Source: an uncultured bacterium (GTDB lineage: Bacteria; Omnitrophota; Omnitrophia; Omnitrophales; Aquincolibacteriaceae). From it: DNA of 64,000 nt. Shown one piece after another: positions 48,921 to 61,869 of the stretch. How positions within the stretch are numbered: position 1 is the first letter of the stretch; the number at the start of each line of letters is the position of its first letter. Location: assembly GCA_964482725.1 (NCBI GenBank), contig CAYZYT010000013.1, positions 1,465-65,464 on the forward strand, given 5' to 3'. The notes beneath the pieces are model-generated. The model was not told the origin of the DNA. It saw only the letters and a list, made by a program, of their open reading frames with translations, and ran no database searches. A program made the translations under genes and the position numbers.

Positions 48921-49514
48921 TTATTTCGTGATGACGAAGATGGCGTTCTGGGCGAAGAGATTGGGAAGGACGCGGATCTGTCCCTGAGAGTCGAGAAAAT
49001 GCGAGGAAAGAATTTTATAGCCTTTCGCTGAACAAAAAGATCTGAAATCCTTGATGGAGAGAAAACGCAGGTTCGGCGTACTGTACCATTCGTAAGGAAG
49101 CGAGGAAACGATAGGCGCCCGGCCCCCGAAGAACATCCGGATACGCGCTTCGAGATGCGCAAAATTAGGGAAACCGATAATGACCTTTTTTCCCACGCGG
49201 AGCGACTCTGAAATAACGGTCTCCACCTTTTTTACTTCCTGCAAACTTTGGTTCAGGATCACGTAATCAAACGACTGATCAGGATAGTACGGAAGCCCGC
49301 TGTCGATATCGCTGTGAAAAACGCTTAAGCCCTTTTCGACGCAGGCGGGAATGGCATCGTTATTAAGCTCAACACCTTGCGCCTTCGCCCCCCGCCGCTC
49401 CGCAAGCAGCTGGATCAGATCTCCGTTCCCGCAGCCAAGATCCAACACCTTAGAGCCCGGCTCCACGATATCGCAGATCACTTGATGGTCAAACCGCTTG
49501 ATAGTCGATTTCAT
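48921..49514 (-). CDS. metW: Methionine biosynthesis protein MetW
   Basis: VLDLGCGNG, YVILNQSLQ, FPNFAH, LPYEWYSTPN. Confidence 0.93.
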   Translation of the reverse strand: MKSTIKRFDHQVICDIVEPGSKVLDLGCGNGDLIQLLAERRGAKAQGVELNNDAIPACVEKGLSVFHSDIDSGLPYYPDQSFDYVILNQSLQEVKKVETVISESLRVGKKVIIGFPNFAHLEARIRMFFGGRAPIVSSLPYEWYSTPNLRFLSIKDFRSFCSAKGYKILSSHFLDSQGQIRVLPNLFAQNAIFVITK

Positions 49515-49634
49515 AGATGGAGATGTTATTCCCCCAGAATGATTTTTTCAAGGAAAAGAAAACCGTCCAGGGCTGAAAAAGCTTAAGAAACTAAAAAGGC
49601 CTAAGAGGCTGAAAGCTTTTTTGGCCTTTTCCGC

Positions 49635-50753
49635 CTATTTCCTCTTGGCGAGGAAGTGCTTGATAAGATGCGACTGTTTCTCGGCTTCGCTTTCGATCAG
49701 GAAGGTATCATGACCATAGGTAGAGTCCGTTTCGCAGTAGGTCGCGTCCACACGCCGCATCTGAAGCTGCTTAACCATGTCCTGCGATTGGACAGACGGA
49801 TAGAGCCAATCGGACTTGAAAGCGATCACGAGAAAGCGCGTGCCCGGAAGACCCTGCTCGGGGATCCATTTACTGTCGGAGAGATCAAAATAATCCATCG
49901 CCTTGGTGATATAGAGATACGTGTTCGCGTCAAAGCGCTTCGTGAAACTCATCCCGCGGTATTGGAGATAGCCCTCCACCTCAAAATCTGCGGAAAATTT
50001 GAAGCCCGTGTGATCATCCTTAAGACGCCGCGAGAACTTTTTCTCCATCGAGTCGTTGCTCATGTAGGTGATGTGCCCCAGCATCCTGGCCACCGCCAGA
50101 CCTTTTTCCGGAAAGATCCCGCTATAATAATTGCCGCCGTTCCACGCAGGGTCGGCCATGATCGCCTGCCGGCCGACCTCATTAAAAGCGATCTGCTGCG
50201 GGGAATGCTTGAGCGTCGCGGCGATCGGAATGACGCATTCCACAGAATCCGGAAAAGACGCAACCCACTGAAGCGCCAACATCCCGCCCATGGAACCCCC
50301 GATCACCCCCTGAAGCTTTCTGATCCCAAGATGATCGATCAGGATCTTCTGCGTGCGGACCATATCGCCGATCGTGATAAGCGGAAAATCCAGCGCATAC
50401 GGTTTGCCTGTTTTGGGATTGATCGACGACGGGCCGGTACTTCCTTTACAGCCGCCGAGCACATTGATGCAAATGACAAAATACTTGTCCGTATCAAGTG
50501 CTTTTCCCGGCCCCACCATGAAACCCCACCATGCGGGATCCTGATCCCCCGTGACGGGACCCGCAACGTGCGCATTCCCGGAAAAAGCGTGCATGACAAG
50601 AATGGCGTTGGACTTATCCGCATTCAGCTCGCCATAAGTTTCATACGCAAGCGTGATGGGGCCGAACGTCTTCCCAGACTCGAGTTTAAACTCGTGGGAA
50701 GGCTCAGCGAAGGTAAAATATTTCGTCTCTGTAGTGCCTATGTCTTTTTTCAT
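49635..50753 (-). CDS. metX: Homoserine O-acetyltransferase
   Basis: AYETYG, GGSMGG, ARMLGHITY, FDAN, YGHDTFL. Confidence 0.95.
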   Translation of the reverse strand: MKKDIGTTETKYFTFAEPSHEFKLESGKTFGPITLAYETYGELNADKSNAILVMHAFSGNAHVAGPVTGDQDPAWWGFMVGPGKALDTDKYFVICINVLGGCKGSTGPSSINPKTGKPYALDFPLITIGDMVRTQKILIDHLGIRKLQGVIGGSMGGMLALQWVASFPDSVECVIPIAATLKHSPQQIAFNEVGRQAIMADPAWNGGNYYSGIFPEKGLAVARMLGHITYMSNDSMEKKFSRRLKDDHTGFKFSADFEVEGYLQYRGMSFTKRFDANTYLYITKAMDYFDLSDSKWIPEQGLPGTRFLVIAFKSDWLYPSVQSQDMVKQLQMRRVDATYCETDSTYGHDTFLIESEAEKQSHLIKHFLAKRK

Positions 50754-50848
50754 TCCAAGAACCTCTTCGTCTTTAATAATCCCTTAGAAATAGGGTCCCA
50801 ACTACCCCTTTTATAAAATAATTTAAAGTTGCGATGGGGCGAATTATA

Positions 50849-51604
50849 TCACCGTTTCCCAGGCCGCTCCAAAACTTTCCCTCGAAGCCTCACGACATCC
50901 CCAACGACAAAAATCGCCGGTGCCACCAGCTTGGCGGCTCGGGCTTTTTTCACAATATCACGCAAGGTCCCAACAATCACACGTTCCTTGGGCGTGGATC
51001 CATTTTCAATGGCCGCGCACGGAGTTCCTCCGCTTCGCTTCTTCAAGATCTGCCTCACGGTCTTATCAAGATCGGAGACGCACATGACATAAACCAAAGT
51101 GTCGACATTAGGAACCGGGATGGGATCATTATCTTCCGTCACGTGTCCCGACGCGACCGCCAGGGTCATGGCAAGATAACGCTGCGTCAACGGGATCCCG
51201 GCTAAGGCTGGCACAGCAAAAACAGAGCTCACCCCAGGCACCACCTCGACATCGACGCCACGCCCCCTCAGGAAAAGGATCTCCTCTCCCCCGCGACCGA
51301 AGACATACGGATCGCCGCCTTTAAGCCGCGCGACTTTGTTTCCTTTCAAGGCTTCCTGAAACAAGAGTTCATTAATGGCGTCCTGGGAGAGCGAGTGGGC
51401 CCCATGTTTCTTGCCGACCGAAATGAGACGAGTAGAGCGTTTTAATTTTTGGAGTAACGCATGCGGCACTAGGTGATCATAAAGCACCACGTCCGCAGCT
51501 TTGAGAAGTTCCAGGCCCTTCACCGTGATGAGCCCCGGATCCCCGGGCCCCGCGCCGATAAGAAAAACTTTTCCGGACTTACCGCGAGTTTTCTTGTTTG
51601 TCAT
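50849..51604 (-). CDS. cobA: Uroporphyrinogen-III C-methyltransferase (siroheme synthesis)
   Basis: GAGPGDPGLIT, RLKGGDPYVFGRGGEE, VPGVSS. Confidence 0.93.
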   Translation of the reverse strand: MTNKKTRGKSGKVFLIGAGPGDPGLITVKGLELLKAADVVLYDHLVPHALLQKLKRSTRLISVGKKHGAHSLSQDAINELLFQEALKGNKVARLKGGDPYVFGRGGEEILFLRGRGVDVEVVPGVSSVFAVPALAGIPLTQRYLAMTLAVASGHVTEDNDPIPVPNVDTLVYVMCVSDLDKTVRQILKKRSGGTPCAAIENGSTPKERVIVGTLRDIVKKARAAKLVAPAIFVVGDVVRLRGKVLERPGKR

Positions 51605-53166
51605 CGGTTGGATTGGAAAAGTTCCGTCATGGCCGGAAGATCGAAACGTTCGCAAAAGGCGCTGAAACTTTCTCTCCTCATCCGTTTCTCAAGATAGACA
51701 CGAACCATCTTTTCGAGAAGCGCCGGAACCTCTTCGGCAGGAACGGATTGGAAGATCGTTCGGCCACACACTCCCGGCCCGCCCCCGATGGCAACGTGGA
51801 AAGCATCGCGGCGCGCACCCTCCACTACTTTTGACGCGCCCATCAACCCGATATCGGCAAGCTGGTACTGGCCGCAGGAATTCGGGCATCCCGTCACGTG
51901 GATCTTGAGCGTTTCCCGAAAATCCGGAAAAGCCTTCGTCAAATGTCCGATCAGATTCTTTGAAAAAACTTTGACTTCCACGAGCGCCAGATTACAGAAT
52001 TCCCGGCCCGTGCAGACCACAAGTGAACGGTAAAGGCCGTTCGCACCAAGATCGAAGCCTTTCGCAGCGAGCTCCTGTTTCAAAGGCTCGAGATTCTTCT
52101 CGGGGATATTGCTCAATAGAATATTTTGCCGGTTCGTGGTGCGGAGTTCTCCGCTACCGTATTTCTCGCTGAGATCCGCCAATTCCAAAAGCTGCCCCGC
52201 CTGAAGCCGTCCCGCCAGGACCGCGAGCCCTACGGCATAAAGCCCTTTTTGCTTTTGGGGGATCACGCCCCAGAAATGCTCCCTTTCATCCTGGACCGCC
52301 GGGACTTTTCCGTATCGCTCGAATGAATGCCCCGCCCGCTTCTCCATTTCCTGAAGAAATTTTTCTGCGCCCCATGATTCCACAAGAAATTTCATGCGAG
52401 CTTCGCGCCGGTTCCCTCGGTTTCCGAGGTCATGAAAGATCCCTATCGCTGCCATGACCGCGGAAATAATATCCTCACGCTTCAAGGCGACCGGGAGAGG
52501 TTGCGCAAACAAGGGGTGGGAGGAAAGTCCACCGCCGACCCGGATCGCAAAAGCCGGGATTTTCTTAGCCTCATCCTTCCAAAAGCCATAAACTCCGACG
52601 TCATTGATCTCAGGCTGTGCCGCATTCCTCAAGCTACCGGTGATGGAAATCTTGAATTTTCTCGGCAGATTCGCAAGGCTTGAGTCGCGGATCAGTCGCT
52701 CGTGCAGAGCTTCGATAATGTCCTGAAGGTCATCTATCTCGTCGGTTTCAAGGCCCGCAAGCGGCGAGCTTGTGATATTGCGCGTTACATCGCCGCAGGC
52801 TCCTCGCGTCGTGATCCCCACGGCTTCAAATCTTTCGAGGACCTCGGGAACTTTTTCGATCGTAAGCCAATGGAATTGAAAATTTTGGCGCGTGGTAATG
52901 TCCGTGATCCCGCGGCCATAGTCTCTTGCGACTTCCGCCACCACACGCAGCTGCGCCGCGTTCAAGCGCCCCCCCGGAAGTTTCAGCCGCAACATGAAGT
53001 AAGGATCTGTCTTGGGTCGCTGCTGGTAGATGCCGAACCAGCGAAAACGCAGAAAATCCTCAGGAGCTATCGAAGCAAATCCCTCACGGGACGCCCGGAC
53101 AAGATTGTCCCAAGCATCAAAGGGATGTTGATCCGCTTTGATCTGTTCTTCCCGGATCAGAGCCAT
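51601..53166 (-). CDS. Ferredoxin-type nitrite/sulfite reductase
   Basis: MLRLKLPGG, TTRQNFQ, LPRKFK, CTGREFC, TGCPNSCG; located within the cys cluster. Confidence 0.92.
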   Translation of the reverse strand: MALIREEQIKADQHPFDAWDNLVRASREGFASIAPEDFLRFRWFGIYQQRPKTDPYFMLRLKLPGGRLNAAQLRVVAEVARDYGRGITDITTRQNFQFHWLTIEKVPEVLERFEAVGITTRGACGDVTRNITSSPLAGLETDEIDDLQDIIEALHERLIRDSSLANLPRKFKISITGSLRNAAQPEINDVGVYGFWKDEAKKIPAFAIRVGGGLSSHPLFAQPLPVALKREDIISAVMAAIGIFHDLGNRGNRREARMKFLVESWGAEKFLQEMEKRAGHSFERYGKVPAVQDEREHFWGVIPQKQKGLYAVGLAVLAGRLQAGQLLELADLSEKYGSGELRTTNRQNILLSNIPEKNLEPLKQELAAKGFDLGANGLYRSLVVCTGREFCNLALVEVKVFSKNLIGHLTKAFPDFRETLKIHVTGCPNSCGQYQLADIGLMGASKVVEGARRDAFHVAIGGGPGVCGRTIFQSVPAEEVPALLEKMVRVYLEKRMRRESFSAFCERFDLPAMTELFQSNR

Positions 53167-53183
53167 CGAATAGATCTCCTTTA

Positions 53184-53304
53184 CCCCGTTAGAGATAGGA
53201 AGCGCTTATCAAAGCGCTTCCGTAAACTCAACATATTCTTTTTAAAATCGTCCTCGCCATAAATCAAATAACAACGAATTGCTTTACATTGATCTCTAAC
53301 GGGG
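53184..53304. mobile_element. 121-bp MITE-like element with 13-bp TIRs, copy 1
   Basis: CCCCGTTAGAGAT...ATCTCTAACGGGG; internal hairpin ggaagcgct/agcgcttcc. Confidence 0.75.
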
Positions 53305-53305
53305 C

Positions 53306-55096
53306 TTAAAGATAATATTCTAGAATGATCTCTTTTTTCTTGAGAAAGGCGCCGATCTTCTCGACCGCCGCTTCCAAAGATTCATTTTCTTCTAAAACAA
53401 AAGACGGTTTAAACCCGGAAAACGTGTTGGGCCCCACCTGAATCACCAAAACCTCATTCGGACTATTCAAGATTCGGAGGGTTTCGATATCAAAATCATC
53501 CAGGTCCGATGCAGTGGTAATAAAAACCTGCCCGGATTCGGCAATGATCCTGCCGAGCTCCCCAAGATGCCGAACGATCTCTTCCTGGGAATCAACTCCT
53601 TGAGACAATTCGCTATCGAGGCCGGAAACAAGATTTGAAATGCCGAGGTAGAAAGCCTTCACTCCTTGCTTCAGGAGACGCGCCTCAAGCTCCCGTGCGA
53701 TCTTTTGCTTGCCGGTATTGACCTTGCCGGAGATGAGAATGAATGCCGGCCGGTGACCATAGATTGCTCCTCTTTCCGCAGAACTAACGCCGCTCCGCTC
53801 CCAGATCTGCTCGCGATGGCGAACATGGTCTTTTAGGATCGACCGGTCCTCCGGAAGCGCCTCCAAAACGATCCCGGCGCCTGCGATCTCATAGTTATCC
53901 ACGATCACGAAACGGCCTGTCTCACGAAGATCGCCCGCCTTATCGAAGGCAAGAGGTTTACCCGTTTCAAAAACGCACTCCGCAACATCATGCCGATCCA
54001 CTTGCGCCTTGTTGGCGATCGAAGTCAGCTCCGAGCTGTCCAGCACACTCAGGACTTCGACAAGTCGAACTGAAGGACGGCTCGCGCCGAGTTTTAATTT
54101 ATATTTTTTCCCTTTCACAAGCGGTGCATGGCCCATCCAAAAAATATTCGCCTTAAAACGCGTGCTCACGGACGGCAGAGGATCCGATGTTTTCACCATC
54201 AGCTCGCCCGGCTTGATATAAAGTTGGGTTTCAGTCGTAAAACCGATCGCTTCCCCGGCGGAGGCTTCTTGCTTCGACAGCGCATTGAACTCTTCGATCG
54301 TTTTAATCCGCGTTCTTTTTTTTGAGGGAAGGAACACCACTTCATCCCCGACCCGGATCGTTCCTGTAGCAATCGTCCCGGCCATGATGCGCCGGTCATC
54401 GGCGAGCTCTGTGAATTTGTAAATATCCTGCACCGGAAAACGGAAGGGATACGCTTCGCTCGTGGTTTCATGATGAAAAGAATCCAGCTGCCCCAACACC
54501 GAAAGCCCGGCATACCACGGCATTTCCGGCGACTTGGCGATCATGTTCACACCGTTCATCGCGCTCATTGGAATGAAAGCGCTCGGTTGAATGCTGAACC
54601 CTTTCAGGAAATCACCGTATTCTTTTTCGATCGCCCGGAAAACCTGTTCGCTGTAATCCACGAGATCCATCTTGTTCACAAGCACTGCCACTTGCCGGAT
54701 CCCGAGCATGGAAAGCAGGTAACCGTGTCGCTTGGAATTCTCGAGAATGCCTTCCTTCGCATCGATCACGAGGAGTGCGGCTTCGGCCCGGGACGCACCC
54801 GTGATCATGTTCTTCAAAAATTCAATATGACCCGGAGCATCGATCACGATGTATTCGCGCTTCTTCGTGTGAAAGAAGCAGCGCGCGGCATCGATCGTGA
54901 TCCCCTGCGACTGCTCATCCTTAAGAGCGTCGAGAAGAAACGCGTATTCGAAAGGTTTCGCGTTCTTCGCGCAGGTCGCTTTGACCTGTTCGAGTTTCCC
55001 TTCCGGCAACGATCCCGTATCGGCCAAGAGCCGGCCAATGACGGTGCTTTTGCCGTGGTCCACATGCCCGACGATCACAATGTTCATTCTGTCCAT
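53306..55096 (-). CDS. cysN: Sulfate adenylyltransferase subunit 1 with C-terminal APS-kinase-like domain
   Basis: [24 protein letters not shown]; degenerate CysC-like tail. Confidence 0.93.
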   Translation of the reverse strand: MDRMNIVIVGHVDHGKSTVIGRLLADTGSLPEGKLEQVKATCAKNAKPFEYAFLLDALKDEQSQGITIDAARCFFHTKKREYIVIDAPGHIEFLKNMITGASRAEAALLVIDAKEGILENSKRHGYLLSMLGIRQVAVLVNKMDLVDYSEQVFRAIEKEYGDFLKGFSIQPSAFIPMSAMNGVNMIAKSPEMPWYAGLSVLGQLDSFHHETTSEAYPFRFPVQDIYKFTELADDRRIMAGTIATGTIRVGDEVVFLPSKKRTRIKTIEEFNALSKQEASAGEAIGFTTETQLYIKPGELMVKTSDPLPSVSTRFKANIFWMGHAPLVKGKKYKLKLGASRPSVRLVEVLSVLDSSELTSIANKAQVDRHDVAECVFETGKPLAFDKAGDLRETGRFVIVDNYEIAGAGIVLEALPEDRSILKDHVRHREQIWERSGVSSAERGAIYGHRPAFILISGKVNTGKQKIARELEARLLKQGVKAFYLGISNLVSGLDSELSQGVDSQEEIVRHLGELGRIIAESGQVFITTASDLDDFDIETLRILNSPNEVLVIQVGPNTFSGFKPSFVLEENESLEAAVEKIGAFLKKKEIILEYYL

Positions 55097-55097
55097 A

Positions 55098-55979
55098 TCA
55101 CATGTACCCTTCGCGGCGAAGCGTCTCTAGCCCGCCGCCGTCTTCTTTGTCCTGGGCCCGGCCGGAACGCTCCGCGATGTTCGAAAATTTTCCGGTTTTG
55201 AGCTCTTCGATGATCTCTTTCACGTTCCGCGCATCCGACTTCACCGAGCCCGTGCAGGGATAGCAGCCAAGCGAGCGATAGCGAAGCCCCTTCCCGTTAT
55301 TGAAATAAAGCGGGATGATCGGGATATTCTCCCGGTCAATGTATTCCCAAATATTGAGCTCGGTCCAATCCAGGAGCGGATGAACCCGGACATGGGTCCC
55401 GGGCGCGAAATCGGTCTTGTACTGGCTCCAGAGCTCCGGCGGCTGATCACCAATATTCCAATCGCTTTGCTTATCGCGCGGAGAAAAATAGCGTTCCTTC
55501 GAGCGGCTCCCTTCTTCATCCGCGCGAACCCCCACGATCACGCCGGTATAAGGCTGCGGGTTCTTTTCTTGGACATATTTCCCAAGCTTGTGATCGAACG
55601 CGTAACGCGGCCACTCCCCTGACAGCGTGTGCTTAAGCGCCTCGCTTTTCAAAGATTTGCAGCAAGTCAGGCGGTCGACTTTCCCGTCCGGAAAGGTCTG
55701 CTTCGCCGCAAGCGCCTGGGCATTCTCGCCGTACAAAAGATTGAGATGCCAATCCGCTGCAAGTTTGTCGCGATAGGCGATCATTTCCGGGATCTTATAA
55801 TGCGTGTCGATATGGAGGAGCGGGAGCGGCACATGACCGAAGAATGCCTTTCGGGCCAGCCAGAGCAGAACCGTGCTGTCTTTGCCGATCGACCAAAGCA
55901 TGACAAGGCTTTTGAATTCCTTGTACGCTTCGCGCAGAATATGAATGCTCTGCGCTTCGAGTTTTCTTAAAGTGTCCAT
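55098..55979 (-). CDS. cysD: Sulfate adenylyltransferase subunit 2
   Basis: [36 protein letters not shown]. Confidence 0.95.
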   Translation of the reverse strand: MDTLRKLEAQSIHILREAYKEFKSLVMLWSIGKDSTVLLWLARKAFFGHVPLPLLHIDTHYKIPEMIAYRDKLAADWHLNLLYGENAQALAAKQTFPDGKVDRLTCCKSLKSEALKHTLSGEWPRYAFDHKLGKYVQEKNPQPYTGVIVGVRADEEGSRSKERYFSPRDKQSDWNIGDQPPELWSQYKTDFAPGTHVRVHPLLDWTELNIWEYIDRENIPIIPLYFNNGKGLRYRSLGCYPCTGSVKSDARNVKEIIEELKTGKFSNIAERSGRAQDKEDGGGLETLRREGYM

Positions 55980-56707
55980 TACGAACCTTTCTTCACGGCC
56001 TTGCCATCCTTAAAATGTAAGCCACATTCTTTTTTATCCGGGCTCTCCCACCACCACCGCCCGGCACGAATATCTTCACCCGGCTTTACCGCTCGCGTGC
56101 ACGGAGCGCAACCGATGCTCGGATATCCCTGATCATGCAATTTGTTATAAGGGACCTTGTGGGCATGAACATAATCCCACACCTGCTTTTCCGTCCAATC
56201 GATCAACGGATTGATCTTATAAAGACCGTTCGCTTCATCCCATTCGATAACATTCAGGTCTGCACGCGTCACAGATTGTTCACGACGCAGGCCGCAGATC
56301 CAGGCCTTCAGACCTTTCAGTGCGCGTTTAAGCGGCTCGACCTTCCGGACCTGGCAGCAAAGCTTCCGGTTCTCGACGCTTTCATAAAAAAGATCCAGCC
56401 CCTTCTCCGCTACCATTTTTTTAACTGCCGTGATATCCGGAGAATAAACCCGGTATTTGAAACCGTATTTTTTCTCCGTCTCCTTCACGCACTCGAGCGT
56501 TTCCTGAGGCAACCGCCCGGTGTCCAGCGTGAAAACAATCGCCTTCGGATCGATCCTGAGTAGCATATCCGTCAGAACCTGATCCTCCGCTCCAAGGCTC
56601 GACGCCAACGCGACCTGATCCACCCTGAAATGGCCGAAAGCCCATGACAAAACATCCTCGGGCCCCTTTCCCGCCAAATTTAGATTGAATGCTTTAAGAT
56701 TTTCCAT
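55979..56707 (-). CDS. cysH: APS/PAPS reductase, Fe-S (APS) type
   Basis: [34 protein letters not shown]. Confidence 0.95.
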   Translation of the reverse strand: MENLKAFNLNLAGKGPEDVLSWAFGHFRVDQVALASSLGAEDQVLTDMLLRIDPKAIVFTLDTGRLPQETLECVKETEKKYGFKYRVYSPDITAVKKMVAEKGLDLFYESVENRKLCCQVRKVEPLKRALKGLKAWICGLRREQSVTRADLNVIEWDEANGLYKINPLIDWTEKQVWDYVHAHKVPYNKLHDQGYPSIGCAPCTRAVKPGEDIRAGRWWWESPDKKECGLHFKDGKAVKKGS

Positions 56708-56711
56708 AGCG

Positions 56712-56933
56712 TCAGATCTGATAATCGAGCGGCTTTCGCCCCAGCTTGATTTTGTTCCACGCGCGTTCATGAAGATAATAAACCAGGATCTTGATGAACA
56801 CGTCGGCAAGCCCGATTGAGAGAGCAAATTTCAGTTGCCGGGTAATACCCCAGGAAATAAGAATGGTAGTGATAGTTCCTGTGATCCGGTACGAAACGGC
56901 TTTGACGATACTTCTCAGATGGTGGTCTATCAT
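56712..56933 (-). CDS. DUF2061 membrane protein
   Basis: RSIVKAVSYRITGT...YYLHERAW. Confidence 0.85.
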   Translation of the reverse strand: MIDHHLRSIVKAVSYRITGTITTILISWGITRQLKFALSIGLADVFIKILVYYLHERAWNKIKLGRKPLDYQI

Positions 56934-56947
56934 TGGGTTTTCAGCAA

Positions 56948-57883
56948 TCAACCCGCAAATTCCTGAAAGAGCCAGGTCGAGAGATAGCGCTCCCCAGAAT
57001 CGCAGATCACGGTTACGATCGTTTTGCCTTTGGACTCCGGCCGTTTCGCCACTTCCAGCGCGGCCCAAACGTTCGCGCCGGCCGAGATCCCTCCCAGGAT
57101 TCCTTCCTGGCGTGCCAACTGACGGGCTACTTCTCCGGCATCCTCATGACGAACCTTGATGATCTCGTCATAAACTTTTGTGTTCAGAACACCGGGGACA
57201 AAACCGGCACCAATCCCTTGAATCTTGTGAGGCCCCGCCTTCCCGCCTGACAACACGGGAGAGTCGACCGGCTCCACGGCGATGACTTTCGCTGAGGGTT
57301 TTCTCTGCTTCAAAACTTCGCCCACCCCAGTCAGCGTACCGCCCGTCCCGACACCGGCAATAAAAACATCCACGGCTCCGTCCGTATCTTTCCAGATCTC
57401 TTCGGCCGTTGTTTTCCGGTGGATCTCCGAATTCGCGGGATTGTTGAACTGTTGGGGAATAAAACTTCCGGGGACTGTCTTGGCGATCTCCTCAGCTTTT
57501 TCGACCGCGCCTCGCATGCCCTGTGCCCCCTCGGTCAGAACCACTTCCGCGCCCAGAATCTTCAAAAGCTGGCGACGCTCGACGCTCATGGTCTCCGGCA
57601 TGGTCAGAATAAGCCGGTAACCGCGCGCTGCAGCAACAAACGCCAGAGCGATCCCTGTGTTCCCACTCGTAGGCTCCACGATGACACTGCCAGGCTTGAG
57701 CTTCCCGGCCTTTTCGGCAGCCTCGACCATAGCGACCCCAATCCTATCCTTGACGCTTGAGAGCGGATTCGATGACTCGAGCTTCACCAAGATCGTCGCG
57801 GACAATCCCTTCGCGATGCGGTTGAGACGCACAAGCGGCGTATTGCCAACCGTTTGTGTGATATCGCTGAATATTTTAGCCAT
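56948..57883 (-). CDS. cysK: Cysteine synthase A
   Basis: [40 protein letters not shown]. Confidence 0.97.
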   Translation of the reverse strand: MAKIFSDITQTVGNTPLVRLNRIAKGLSATILVKLESSNPLSSVKDRIGVAMVEAAEKAGKLKPGSVIVEPTSGNTGIALAFVAAARGYRLILTMPETMSVERRQLLKILGAEVVLTEGAQGMRGAVEKAEEIAKTVPGSFIPQQFNNPANSEIHRKTTAEEIWKDTDGAVDVFIAGVGTGGTLTGVGEVLKQRKPSAKVIAVEPVDSPVLSGGKAGPHKIQGIGAGFVPGVLNTKVYDEIIKVRHEDAGEVARQLARQEGILGGISAGANVWAALEVAKRPESKGKTIVTVICDSGERYLSTWLFQEFAG

Positions 57884-57899
57884 GGGTCATTCTCCTTTA

Positions 57900-58022
57900 C
57901 CCCGTTAGAGATAGGAAACGCTTCTAGCGTTTCCGTCTGTTTTTGAATAGGTGTTCCTCAGCCCTACCTTTTCCATCTTCAAATCACCACAATAAATATC
58001 ACCCCAATAATCTCTAACGGGG
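57900..58022. mobile_element. 123-bp MITE-like element with 13-bp TIRs, copy 2
   Basis: Same TIRs as 53184-53304; internal hairpin ggaaacgct/agcgtttcc. Confidence 0.75.
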
Positions 58023-59887
<1,865 letters not shown>

Positions 59888-59917
59888 AGTCTAGTAACCC
59901 CATAGATTAATAGCTGT

Positions 59918-59946
59918 AATATAACCCACTATCAAAAATCTGTCAA
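59918..59946 (-). promoter_or_regulatory. Sigma70-type promoter of the Rrf2-met-cys cluster
   Basis: Reverse strand TTGACA-17 nt-TATATT, 30 nt upstream of the ATG. Confidence 0.65.
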
Positions 59947-60127
59947 ATTTATTTTAAAAGTTTTTTTTGGAAAAATCAGGGCAGAGATCCCCTCGAGCTC
60001 TATATTAAAAATAACCTTTAATCTATCCATAATAGATTCCTCGGAGAAGTTCCGGCTTCCTCCCTTTCAAAAATCGCCCCCACCCGCTATTGTTACGGGC
60101 GAGAGAATAATCAAAGGAGGTGTCGCG

Positions 60128-60373
60128 ATGAGCTTCGTCAACAAACAAACCTGGGAATATCTGGTGCGGGATTTTCTGGAGATCAAATGCACATTAAAAG
60201 AACCTGAGCAGGAATTCCTTCTAGATTTTTTGAAGGACAAGGGCGTCAGGGCCGAAGAGATCCAAATGCATCCGGCCTTCTCCGTGGACGATCACTTGGT
60301 GGTCATCATGGAGGATGCGGGCTCGAAGAAACGACTCTTTTATCACCCACAGAAAAAGACGATCGAGGAATGA
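60128..60373 (+). CDS. Small hypothetical protein
   Basis: Strong AAGGAGG RBS, protein-like composition. Confidence 0.7.
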   Translation: MSFVNKQTWEYLVRDFLEIKCTLKEPEQEFLLDFLKDKGVRAEEIQMHPAFSVDDHLVVIMEDAGSKKRLFYHPQKKTIEE

Positions 60374-60440
60374 TTAAAAACAGGATGGCGGAAGGCGAAA
60401 AACCAAAAACGCCCTCCTCCATCCATCATCCTCCATCCGG

Positions 60441-61175
60441 CTATAAGTCAACCGCCTTGCGAAGTTCGCGGGCCTCGTAGGAAGTCAGAAAACGACCCTG
60501 CCCCGGCGCGAGATGCCCGAGCTTGAGAGGACCGAAGGAAAAGCGGTTCAGCATCACGACATCATATTCGAATCGTTGGAACACCCGCCGGATCTGACGC
60601 TTCTTTCCTTCGCGAAGCTCGACCATCACGATCCTCGGCGAGATCGGCCGGATCTCTTCCAATTTGAGAAAACCGTCGTACGAATGAAACCCCTCGAGCA
60701 CCCGGTTACGGTCCCGCTCGTCCCAGGCGCGATTGAGCTTCACCTGATACCATTTCTCCACGTGAAAGCGCGGATGGATCAGGCGGTTCGCAAGCTCACC
60801 ATCGTTGGTCATAAGAAGGAGACCGGAGGAATCCTTATCGAGGCGCCCCACGGGAAACACGCGAACGCGATTCGTGGAGGATTGGCGCGTTGCGACCACG
60901 AGATGCCTCGGCAAAAGGTCGAAAACCGTTTTCTTGGCATGCCGGTCCTCGGCCGTCACGACATACCCTTCGGGCTTATTCAAAATAAAATAGACATGCG
61001 GGGCGAGCTGAAGGACTTTCTGACGGTACATGATCGTATCGTTCTGAAAATCGACCTGCCGGCCCAGATCTTGCACAACTTCACCATTGACGGAAATAGC
61101 ACCGTTGGTGACAAAAACCTCGCATTTTCTGCGAGACCCAAGCCCTGCGCTCGCTAAGGCGTGTGCGATCCTCAT
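60441..61175 (-). CDS. Pseudouridine synthase (RluB/RsuA family)
   Basis: S4 domain (GLGSRRK), LNKPEG, VGRLDKDSSGLLL, EGKKRQIRR. Confidence 0.93.
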   Translation of the reverse strand: MRIAHALASAGLGSRRKCEVFVTNGAISVNGEVVQDLGRQVDFQNDTIMYRQKVLQLAPHVYFILNKPEGYVVTAEDRHAKKTVFDLLPRHLVVATRQSSTNRVRVFPVGRLDKDSSGLLLMTNDGELANRLIHPRFHVEKWYQVKLNRAWDERDRNRVLEGFHSYDGFLKLEEIRPISPRIVMVELREGKKRQIRRVFQRFEYDVVMLNRFSFGPLKLGHLAPGQGRFLTSYEARELRKAVDL

Positions 61176-61765
61176 CGTTTTTTCAGCTCCGCGTAATAAA
61201 GAGAACGGCCTTCGGCCGCCCATTTGATCTCATAACTCGTCTTATTCATTCCGCCCAGAATTCTTTCATTCACTGTTTCGCGCACATTCTCCCAGAGTTC
61301 CGCGGTAGCCGCTATGGTTTTCTTCATGGCATCAAAATAGTCCTTATCATCGGTCGCGATCTCCACCAACCCGCCCGGCACAAGCCGCGCGTGAAGCAGC
61401 TTAAGAAGCTCCGCTGTGAAAACCCGGCGAACCTGATGCCGGCGTTTCGGCCAGGGGTCCGGAAAGTAAATATGGAAGACACTCACGCTTCCGAGGGCGA
61501 TCGCCTCCATCAAAAAAACTCGCGCCTCGGCGCGGAGAAACCGGATGTTGGGAAGTACTCGCTTTTGAGCACGCGTCTTCCCGATATTCATAAACTTGCT
61601 GACCCGGTCGATCCCGAGAAAGTTGGTCCCCGGATTTTCGATCGAGCGCGCAACGAGGAATTTTCCCTTCCCGCACCCGATCTCGAGCTCCACCGGATGG
61701 GTGTTCCCGAAGAATTCGCTGAAAATAATGGGGTCGTGTTTTTCCTGCGGCATACCCGGCGACAT
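61172..61765 (-). CDS. trmB: tRNA (guanine-N7)-methyltransferase
   Basis: ELEIGCGKG, YFPDPWPKRRH, ATDD, TSYE; start uncertain. Confidence 0.93.
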   Translation of the reverse strand: MSPGMPQEKHDPIIFSEFFGNTHPVELEIGCGKGKFLVARSIENPGTNFLGIDRVSKFMNIGKTRAQKRVLPNIRFLRAEARVFLMEAIALGSVSVFHIYFPDPWPKRRHQVRRVFTAELLKLLHARLVPGGLVEIATDDKDYFDAMKKTIAATAELWENVRETVNERILGGMNKTSYEIKWAAEGRSLYYAELKKR

Positions 61766-61769
61766 TTTT

Positions 61770-61852
61770 GTCATCCTGAGCGGCCCTGAAGGACTGCTTC
61801 GCTGAGCGAAGGATCTCTCTTTGGATTCTTCGGCCTTTGGCCTCAGAATGAC
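61770..61852. repeat. GTCAT...ATGAC palindromic element, copy 5
   Basis: gtcatcctgagc...cgaaggatct...ggattcttcggcctttggcctcagaatgac. Confidence 0.85.
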
Positions 61853-61869
61853 GGCCTTGTCAGATGTTC

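Noticed and set aside
49656-50816. Long antisense ORFs, for example opposite metX, metY and exeA
   Set aside because: They mirror conserved genes and show no motifs; codon bias explains them.
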